DNA of 19,718 nucleotides. It comes from Thermovirgaceae bacterium (GTDB taxonomy: Bacteria; Synergistota; Synergistia; Synergistales; Thermovirgaceae). Made by a program: the position numbers and the translations under genes. The notes under the pieces are model-generated. The model worked only from the letters and a program-made list of their open reading frames with translations. It searched no databases and was not told the DNA's origin. The stretch spans positions 1 through 19,718 of the forward strand of contig JBKHBH010000032.1 of assembly GCA_046542505.1 (NCBI GenBank), read 5' to 3'. Below, piece after piece: positions 9,815 through 16,376 of the stretch; within the stretch, counting starts at the first letter, position 1; the number at the start of each line of letters is the position of its first letter.

Positions 9815-10381
9815 ATGAATGTGAGCGAACACCTGTTGAAACGCTGTCTCGACGTCATCGAGGGAGACATTTTCCCCCTGACAAGACAGGCCGTTACCGA
9901 AGGCCACAATATTTTCGGAGCCGCAATCCTCAGGGGGAAAGACCTCTCCCTCGTCACCGCAGGGACGAACCTGCGCGGCATCAACCCCGCATGGCACGGC
10001 GAGATCGTCACCATCGGGAATTTTTATGCCCTAAAGGAGCGGCCCGATCCGGAAGAAACGATCTTCCTCTGTACCCACGAACCCTGTTCCATGTGTCTTT
10101 CGGCCCTTGCCTGGTGCGGCTTTCCGGAGGTGCTTCATCTCTTCGGGTACGAGGAGACCCGCGATGATTTTGCCATGCCTGGCGATCTCGACATCCTCGC
10201 CGAAGTGTTTTCCACCACCGTCCCCATCAGGGAGAACCGGTATTTCCGGATGGAGTCCCTGCAGGAGGCAGCCGCCGGTTTTGAAAACTCCTCCCACTGG
10301 CTCAAACGGATTGCAGTCATCCGCGAAGCCTACAAGACACTTGTCCCCATCGTTCTTTCCGGCAACCCCCTGCACCCATAA
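9815..10381 (+). CDS. Cytidine/nucleoside deaminase-fold Zn-dependent deaminase
   Basis: FGAAIL, HGE and EPCSMC Zn-binding motifs; start uncertain. Confidence 0.85.
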   Translation: MNVSEHLLKRCLDVIEGDIFPLTRQAVTEGHNIFGAAILRGKDLSLVTAGTNLRGINPAWHGEIVTIGNFYALKERPDPEETIFLCTHEPCSMCLSALAWCGFPEVLHLFGYEETRDDFAMPGDLDILAEVFSTTVPIRENRYFRMESLQEAAAGFENSSHWLKRIAVIREAYKTLVPIVLSGNPLHP

Positions 10382-10394
10382 AACCCGAGGGAAG

Positions 10395-10439
10395 AAAAAA
10401 GGCCCGAAACTCGTCCCCTGAAGGATGTTCCGGGCCTTT
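10395..10439 (-). terminator. Terminator between convergent deaminase and ferritin-like genes
   Basis: AAAGGCCCG..CGGGCCTTT arms (10398-10406/10431-10439), with U6 on the minus strand. Confidence 0.65.
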
Positions 10440-10468
10440 CGTGAAGCCGCCTTCCGGTGGAACGTCCC

Positions 10469-10978
10469 CTAAAAGGGCTCGAACCCCATTTCGGCCATAA
10501 AATCTTTGTGCAACGCATCGTATTGCTCGTTGATCATCTTTTGATGTCCGCCTTCCCATTCGGCGAGCATTTCAAGAATTTCGCGTCCCTCGCTGTCATC
10601 CACGCTCTTCGCGGCGTTTTTGTAAAAGTTACTGAAATCCGTCTCGATGGACATGGCCATCCGAAGTACTCCCATATCGCCTGTGAGCTCCCCTATAGGG
10701 GGTTCCGCCTGTGTTCCGGCTTTCTTTGAGGAAATTATTTCCGCCCCGGCCGCTTCCTCGACGGGAAGCTCCGCCGCCCTGTCCCAGCTTTGGTTTTGCT
10801 CGAGACTCTCCTTCTGCTTCAAAAGATAATCGTAGTGGCCCTTTTCCCATTCCGCGAGATTCGCCACAAGCTGCTTTGTCTCTTCCTGGACGACTTTCTC
10901 CAGGGAGTCGAGGTAAAAATCTCTCGCCTCCAGTTCCATCTTCATGGCGAATTCAAGAATCTTCGCCGCCGCTTCCAT
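10469..10978 (-). CDS. Ferritin-like/rubrerythrin family di-iron protein
   Basis: Two repeated helix pairs: AMKME..FY..LAEWEKGH and AMSIE..FY..LAEWEGGH; AAGGAGG RBS. Confidence 0.85.
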   Translation of the reverse strand: MEAAAKILEFAMKMELEARDFYLDSLEKVVQEETKQLVANLAEWEKGHYDYLLKQKESLEQNQSWDRAAELPVEEAAGAEIISSKKAGTQAEPPIGELTGDMGVLRMAMSIETDFSNFYKNAAKSVDDSEGREILEMLAEWEGGHQKMINEQYDALHKDFMAEMGFEPF

Positions 10979-11058
10979 ATTCGCAACCCCTCCTTTGAAA
11001 CATCATCCTGATGATGCGTCATCCTGGATTGCAAGCTTCAAGACAATTGTACAAGATT

Positions 11059-12105
11059 TCAGACAGTACCGGGAGGTATTTTGATCCGGCCCTCACCTTT
11101 CTGGAACAGGCCTATCTTTGCCGACCTGGTGAACCCCCGGGATCTGCAAAAAGCAAGCATAGCATCCGCCTGTTTTGCTTCTACTGCCAGCAAAAGGCCT
11201 CCCGAGGTCTGGGCGTCGAACAGAACGTCCGCCCTTTCCGGCGGAATCGTTTCGAGTCTGTCAACACGGCCCTCGTAAAGCTCCCTGTTCCGATAGCTTC
11301 CGGCGGGAACAAGGCCGATGGCGGCCTTTTCAGCCGCCCCAGGCAGAAGCGGAAGGGACGGAGCATCAAGAATCACGTCCAGTTCCTTTTCCGCCAGCAT
11401 GTCCAGAAGGTGTCCCGCAAAACCAAAACCTGTGACATCGGTACAGGCCGAAACGGCCCCGTACAAATCCTCCGGGAGGTGTCGAGGCAGGTCGTTCAGT
11501 GCCGTCATGGCCTTCACGGCGGCTTCCACCTCGCCGGGTTCGTCCATTTCGGCCTGGAGAGCCGTAATGATAATCCCCGTCCCCAGGGGCTTCGTCAGGA
11601 TCAGGGCATCACCGGGCCTGGCGCCCGTGACGCGCCAGATCCTGTCACGGTCAACCTCACCGTACACGGTGAGGCCATACTTCGGTTCTTCGTCCTCCAC
11701 GCTGTGCCCCCCGGCGAGTACCGCCCCCGCCGCAAGCACCCGTTCCTGTCCCCCCTTGAGGATATCCCGCAGGATCTCCACGGGCTGGCAATTCACGGGA
11801 AAACCCGCCACATTCAGGGCCACCACGGGAGTCCCGCCCATGGCGAAGACATCGCTCAGGGCGTTGGCCGCCGCGATCTGCCCGAAGACATACGGATCGT
11901 CCACCACGGGGGTGATGAAATCAAGGGTGAGAATGCCGGCCCGTTTTTCGTCAAGAATCCAGAGCGCCGCATCCTCGCCGTGCTCCCACCCGGCAAGAAG
12001 CCTGTCCCCGGCCGGAAGCACCAGGTCTTTCAGTATGGTCTCAAGGTCCGCCGGACCTATTTTCGCCGCTCACCCACTGGCATGAGAAAGTTCGGTCAAA
12101 CGCAT
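11059..12105 (-). CDS. selD: Selenide, water dikinase (selenophosphate synthetase), selenocysteine-containing; Sec12 = UGA at 12072-12070
   Basis: From ATG 12105 (AGGTGA RBS) the frame reads MRLTELSHASG-U-AAKIGPADL into the tracked ORF. Motifs DFITPVVDDP, AANALSDVFAMGG, LTKPLGTG, TDVTGFG and DAQTSGGLL. Confidence 0.96.
12044..12058 (-). promoter_or_regulatory. Bacterial SECIS element of selD
   Basis: Hairpin AGGUCC-GGC-GGACCU starts 11 nt after the UGA; its loop begins with G. Confidence 0.8.
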
Positions 12106-12167
12106 GTCCTGTCACCTGCCTTTTTTGGGGGATTATTCACCCCACCTGCACGGCCCCCCGTAAATCC

Positions 12168-12204
12168 AACCCCTTCCGCTCAAAAAAGCTTCGGTGGAAG
12201 GGTT
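12168..12204. other. Intercistronic stem-loop between tusA-like gene and selD
   Basis: AACCCCTTCCGC..GTGGAAGGGTT imperfect inverted repeat. Confidence 0.45.
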
Positions 12205-12218
12205 ACCTGTTATCCTGT

Positions 12219-12440
12219 TTACTTTTTAAGTATGACCCTGAACCCGCCTTCGGGCAATTCCTCGGCTTCCACGGCCCAGCTTCTGCTTCCGGCGAAACGG
12301 CCCACGTTCATTCGTGACGTCATGGTGTCCACCAGAACGTGAATTTCGCCGGAAGAAACCTTTTCGATGGCTTTTTTCGTCTCCAACACAGGCTGGGGGC
12401 ACGAAAGCCCCCTAGCATCGACGATGATCGGTTCCGGCAT
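12219..12440 (-). CDS. TusA/SirA/YedF-family sulfur/selenium carrier protein
   Basis: 73 aa with DARGLSCPQP (CPxP); AAGGGTGA RBS; lies between yedE and selD. Confidence 0.9.
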   Translation of the reverse strand: MPEPIIVDARGLSCPQPVLETKKAIEKVSSGEIHVLVDTMTSRMNVGRFAGSRSWAVEAEELPEGGFRVILKK

Positions 12441-12469
12441 TATTTTTCACCCTTTCCTTAACCTTAAAC

Positions 12470-13561
12470 CTAAATCTTTTCGCGCATCAGAAACCCAACG
12501 ACAAGACAGAAAGCAAGACCGACAAAAACCCCGGCCGGGCCGTAGGCCCCAGGACCCGCCGGAGAACTTGCCATGCTGAAGTTATGGGCGATCCCGGCAC
12601 CAACGAGCATGCCGAGGATAAAGACTGCCGCGTCACCGTCACCTTCGCCGCTCATGATGAACTGCCGTCCTGGACATCCGCCCGCCAGGGTGAAGGCAAG
12701 ACCCGACAGGACCATTCCCATGGCGTTCCAGAGCACGTTCGTGTGGGCCACTGGCTGATCCTCGAAACCGAACCTGAACTGCCCCAGGATGAGATTGGTC
12801 ACCAGGGCTGCGGCAAGAAAGGCCATGACGCCGTTGAACAAATGTGCGTCCCTGAGCATGATCAGGTCGCGAAGGGCCCCCACAGTGCAAAAGCGGCTGC
12901 GCTGGGCCCACCAGCCGACGAGAAGTCCCACGGCAAGGGCGATGGCCACGGGGGCCGCCATGGCGCCAGGCCCCTTTTCGGAAAAGAATATTGCCGAAGT
13001 GCCCTCGGGGCCGAAACTCGGCTTTAGGATAACGAAAGCCAAAACCGTTACTGCCACGGCCGGCATGATGTACCCGGCGGCCTTTTTCACCGGATAGCTG
13101 CGGCCCAGGCTGAATCCGTTCCAGAGGAAAACTATGCCGATAGCGATTCCCGCCACCAGCCCGATGACACCCGGCAGGGCGTTCAGGTCGCCGGCACTCA
13201 GGCGGATGTAGGCCCGCCAGGGGCACCCGAGGAAGACCAGGGCCCCGATCATGGCGAACATGCCCAGAAAAAACCTGATGACAGGGGAGGAGCCTGTCCT
13301 TGGCCTGTACTCCCCGTAGGCAATGGAAGCGACGAATGACCCCAAAATGAACCCTGCAAGTTCCGGTCGAAGATACTGAACCACGCTAGCCCTGTGAAGC
13401 CCCAGGGCCCCGGCGATATCCCTGGCGAAGCAGGCGACACAGATCCCCATGTTTCCGGGGTTCCCCCAGTACGTCAAAAGCGGCGCGAGGATCCCGACGG
13501 CTGTCCCCGTCAGTATGGGCCCCATGCGGGACATGAGAAGACGGTTCAATGGCTGAAACAC
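12470..13561 (-). CDS. yedE: YedE-family putative selenium transporter (seleno-YedE type)
   Basis: GNPGNMGICVACFARDIAGALGLH, QYLRPE, LGCPWR, QRSRFC and GGCPGRQ; multiple TM helices. GTG 13561 follows AAAGGTGGGAG by 6 nt; ATG 13534 and 13525 lack an RBS. Confidence 0.9.
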   Translation of the reverse strand: MFQPLNRLLMSRMGPILTGTAVGILAPLLTYWGNPGNMGICVACFARDIAGALGLHRASVVQYLRPELAGFILGSFVASIAYGEYRPRTGSSPVIRFFLGMFAMIGALVFLGCPWRAYIRLSAGDLNALPGVIGLVAGIAIGIVFLWNGFSLGRSYPVKKAAGYIMPAVAVTVLAFVILKPSFGPEGTSAIFFSEKGPGAMAAPVAIALAVGLLVGWWAQRSRFCTVGALRDLIMLRDAHLFNGVMAFLAAALVTNLILGQFRFGFEDQPVAHTNVLWNAMGMVLSGLAFTLAGGCPGRQFIMSGEGDGDAAVFILGMLVGAGIAHNFSMASSPAGPGAYGPAGVFVGLAFCLVVGFLMREKI

Positions 13562-13565
13562 TAAA

Positions 13566-13703
13566 AACTCCCACCTTTCCCGAAGAGTGAATATGAAACG
13601 GTCCACCGGGCGGCGCACAAGGGCACCGCCGCATCACAAACAACATGCGGGCACGCTCCAAAGGTGCCGGTTCCCGTGGCGGCACTCCGGGAAAGCAGGA
13701 GTT
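13566..13703 (-). promoter_or_regulatory. Structured 5' leader domain able to sequester the yedE RBS
   Basis: 13703-13683 pairs with 13589-13566 (21 bp) and encloses three abutting hairpins at 13610-13668. Confidence 0.7.
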
Positions 13704-13732
13704 CAGTTTGTCTGCCAAAAGGATTTGACGAT

Positions 13733-13903
13733 TCAGAGAAAGAGAGGGGAAAGGCTGAAGGAGTCCCCGCCCGAACCGCCTTGCTCCAATGGGGCAAAAG
13801 CATTGTCCCGTCGACCCGGAGTACCGGAAGCGCTGTCGCACCCCCAGGCGCGTGAATGCGGAACCCGCATTCCATCCGGGCCTCACCGGTATCTGCGTAC
13901 CAT
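13733..13903 (-). CDS. Putative selenocysteine leader peptide: MVRRYR-U..., 6 aa if UGA terminates, 56 aa on Sec readthrough
   Basis: AAGGAGG, 8 nt, ATG 13903; UGA at codon 7 (13885-13883); SECIS-like hairpin follows; next stop is UGA 13735-13733. Confidence 0.6.
13854..13872 (-). promoter_or_regulatory. SECIS-like hairpin in the leader uORF
   Basis: GAAUGCGG-GUU-CCGCAUUC begins 10 nt after the UGA; G-U starts the loop; lower stem CCCGG/CUGGG is possible. Confidence 0.65.
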
Positions 13904-13944
13904 GGGCGAGTCCTCCTTTCTTGTGTGAATGAAAAATCAGGAAC

Positions 13945-13976
13945 ATGATACCACACAGTTCAAGGCTTTTTGACAA
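13945..13976 (-). promoter_or_regulatory. Putative promoter of the selenium operon
   Basis: Extended -10 TG-G-TATCAT (13953-13945); TTGTCA upstream at a non-optimal 20-nt spacing. Confidence 0.5.
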
Positions 13977-14149
13977 TGTGGCTCTTGCATTCCGGAATGG
14001 TCGTTTTAACCCGGACGCGGCGGTTCCCGGAGAATCTTGTTCCGGCGGCAGGCCATGCAGAATATGCCCTCGAGAATATGGGAAAAGGGGCAGGATCGGA
14101 AAGACCGGCGAAAACTTTTAAAACAAGCTTTTTTGAAACAGTTCTCAAG

Positions 14150-14980
14150 CTAAACGGGCAGGAGGATCTCCGTGCACGGGGCATTTTCGTGGGAAGGCAT
14201 GTCATCCAGCAAAGGCCGTTCGCACATATCCTCGATGATGCGCCGGCCGTCCCAACGCACGATCGCCAGGGTCCCGTCGCTGTGCTCGACCAGGGCGGAA
14301 CAGCTTTCCACCCAATCACCGGTATTGCAATACAGGACGTCGTCCAGGCACTTGATCGACGGTCGGTGGATATGCCCGCATATGACCCCCCGGGAGTCCG
14401 ATTTTTTCGCGATGTCAAGCAGGGTGCTTTCGAAATCGCTGATGAATTTCACGGCATCCTTTACCTTGTGTTTGAGGTACTCTGACAGTGACCAATAGGG
14501 AAGCCCCAGCCACGACCGTACCCAGCCTGTCAGAACATTCAGGTACAAGGCCGCTCCGTAGGCGTTGTCTCCGAGGAATGCGAGCCATTTCCTGCAGGTC
14601 ACCACAACATCGTATTCGTCACCGTGAATGACCAGAAAGGAGCGCCCGTCGGCGGTCTTGTGTCTGGCTTTTTTGCAGACCCGGATGCCCCCGAAGGAGT
14701 ATCCGTCAAATTCATCCATGAATTCGTCGTGGTTCCCCGTCACGTAATGGACTTCCGTGTGCCTGGACATTTTCATGATCCGGCCCACAACCCTGTTGTG
14801 GGATTGGGGCCATACGGCCCGTTTTCGCAATTTCCACCCATCGATGATGTCACCGACGAGGAAAAGCTTTTCACACTGGATGGCCCCCAGGAAGGAAAAC
14901 AGTATTTCCGCCTTGCACCATCTGGTCCCGAGATGAAAATCCGAAATGAAGACCGTCCGGTAGGCCGTCTTCTCCTTCAT
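14150..14980 (-). CDS. PlcP/LpxH2-like metallophosphoesterase (often annotated UDP-2,3-diacylglucosamine diphosphatase)
   Basis: SDFHLG, GDIIDGW, WPQSHN, GNHD, HGD, YWSLS..KVKDAV, CGHIH and NTGDWVESC; ATGA overlap with the upstream glycosyltransferase. Confidence 0.85.
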   Translation of the reverse strand: MKEKTAYRTVFISDFHLGTRWCKAEILFSFLGAIQCEKLFLVGDIIDGWKLRKRAVWPQSHNRVVGRIMKMSRHTEVHYVTGNHDEFMDEFDGYSFGGIRVCKKARHKTADGRSFLVIHGDEYDVVVTCRKWLAFLGDNAYGAALYLNVLTGWVRSWLGLPYWSLSEYLKHKVKDAVKFISDFESTLLDIAKKSDSRGVICGHIHRPSIKCLDDVLYCNTGDWVESCSALVEHSDGTLAIVRWDGRRIIEDMCERPLLDDMPSHENAPCTEILLPV

Positions 14981-16128
14981 GACTTCACCCCCGCATTCAG
15001 CGGTGCAGTCTCTTCGGCAGCGAGGTTCTTCACGGAGACAATATCCCGGGCGACAGTCCGCGCGGCATCAGGCCGGGCGATGCCCCTGCAGGCTTCCTGC
15101 ATTCTCAGAAGCCGCCCCCGGTCCAGGTCAAGTTCCAGGACTTTTTCCGGAAGATCCCTGAAATTTTTGACCCATTCACCTGCTCCCGCGTTTTGGAGTA
15201 TCTCCGCGTTCTTGGTTTCCTGACAGGGTATGGGGTCAACCAGAAGCATCGGCAGCGAGCAGCACGCCGCCTCTGCCGTTGTCAGCCCTCCCGGTTTCGT
15301 GATCAAAAGGTCCGACGAGGCGAAAAGAGGGGCCACATCCCTCACGAAGGGCAACACCATCAGGTTTTGATCCGCACCCGTTTCCGGCTTTTGTCTTCCC
15401 AATATTTCAAACAGGCCGGGGTTTCTCCCGGCTATGACGGTCAGCCTGACCCTTTTCAACCGATGCAGTATCCCCGATACCGCCTGGAGAACTTTTCCGT
15501 CCGGAATGGAACTCCCGAGCAAAAGCACGTTGAGCGGACCGCCGTTTTCAGGATCCCTTTCAGGCTCTATGCAAAACGCCCGCTTGACCGGAATGCCCGT
15601 GACCTTCGTACACAACTTGGGGACACCCATCATCCGCAGCTTTCGGGCGGCGTCATCAGTCGGAACATGATACCTGTTGACGTGGTCGCAGACCCACATC
15701 CTGTGGAGGTCCAGGTCGGTCACCACCACATGGAGCTCACCCTTGTACAGGCCCCGCGCTTTCTGCCGGGCAACGGCATACATCGGCAAAAAATGGGTGG
15801 CGACAACGCAATCGGGACTGTTTTCCCCCAGGAATCTCGAAAAACGGGCGACGCGATCTGCGCTCAACCGGTCAATCAACTGGACGATTCTGCTTTCTGA
15901 GCGGTCCCTGTCGGTAATCCTGTACATCGCCCGACAAAAGGGCCTTGAATGTTCTCCCGCCAGATGGTATCCATCGGAATAAACAGAACGAAATATTCGG
16001 TCGGCAAACTGGAGGATATCCGCCGTTACCGACTCTTTCCCCATATCCCCCAGAGCTTCCGATACCGCCTCAGCCGCAGCCCTGTGGCCGTTTCCCGAAG
16101 AGGCGTATATAACGAATGTGGGCTTCAT
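14977..16128 (-). CDS. UgtP/MGDG-synthase-like diacylglycerol glycosyltransferase (GT28)
   Basis: GNGHRAAA, VATHF, VVTD..H..W, VTGIPV, ITKPGGLT and QETKNA motifs; AAGGGGG RBS before ATG 16128. Confidence 0.87.
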   Translation of the reverse strand: MKPTFVIYASSGNGHRAAAEAVSEALGDMGKESVTADILQFADRIFRSVYSDGYHLAGEHSRPFCRAMYRITDRDRSESRIVQLIDRLSADRVARFSRFLGENSPDCVVATHFLPMYAVARQKARGLYKGELHVVVTDLDLHRMWVCDHVNRYHVPTDDAARKLRMMGVPKLCTKVTGIPVKRAFCIEPERDPENGGPLNVLLLGSSIPDGKVLQAVSGILHRLKRVRLTVIAGRNPGLFEILGRQKPETGADQNLMVLPFVRDVAPLFASSDLLITKPGGLTTAEAACCSLPMLLVDPIPCQETKNAEILQNAGAGEWVKNFRDLPEKVLELDLDRGRLLRMQEACRGIARPDAARTVARDIVSVKNLAAEETAPLNAGVKS

Positions 16129-16207
16129 CAGCGCCCCCTTTCCAGTCTCTCCCGATGACCCGTCGGAGGGACGTCTGCGATATCCGGCGTTTATACGCCG
16201 TAATTTC

Positions 16208-16252
16208 ACTCTATCAGGGCCCTGTAACAGTTTCTTTACATTTGTGTTTCAG
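16208..16252 (-). promoter_or_regulatory. Pho-box-like (OmpR/PhoB family) promoter of the glycosyltransferase-plcP pair
   Basis: 11-bp-period half-sites CTGAAAC-acaa-ATGTAAA-gaaa-CTGTTAC, then 10 nt, then TAGAGT. Confidence 0.6.
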
Positions 16253-16376
16253 TTTCATTCCCGAAGGGACAGAAAATTGTCCCGGAAAACCCGACTGAGC
16301 TGACCAACCGCCTTGACGAAAGTCTCGCGCCCAAAAGGGCGCCTGCTCCTCTCCCGTTTCGACTGGAGGGGCGGCA

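Noticed and set aside
11059..12021. ORF-track start of selD at GTG 12021, or selD as a nonsense pseudogene
   Set aside because: It omits the catalytic U-x-x-K motif; the upstream UGA is at the Cys/Sec position and has a SECIS.
11011..12342. 443-aa plus-strand ORF
   Set aside because: Antisense shadow of selD/tusA in GC-rich DNA; no motifs.
13600..13800. tRNA-Sec (selC) in the yedE upstream region (minus-strand TCAAATCC, GGTTCG, cloverleaf-like fold)
   Set aside because: No paired anticodon stem around TCA, the GGTTCG lies on the wrong side, and there is no acceptor stem/CCA arrangement.
13883..13888. prfB-like programmed +1 frameshift at CGG-UGA in the leader
   Set aside because: Re-pairing of tRNA-Arg from CGG to GGU is poor and there is no slippery run; reinitiation at ATG 13875 is the simpler route.
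13386..13976. 196-aa minus ORF, and the full 131-aa ORF from 13956
   Set aside because: Both starts lie in or upstream of the predicted promoter, lack an RBS and show no recognisable domain. Only the 13875-13561 part is kept, as a regulatory hypothesis.
14150..14980. Canonical lipid A enzyme LpxH
   Set aside because: It has GNHD rather than GNRD, no lpx neighbours, and a phosphate-starvation context.
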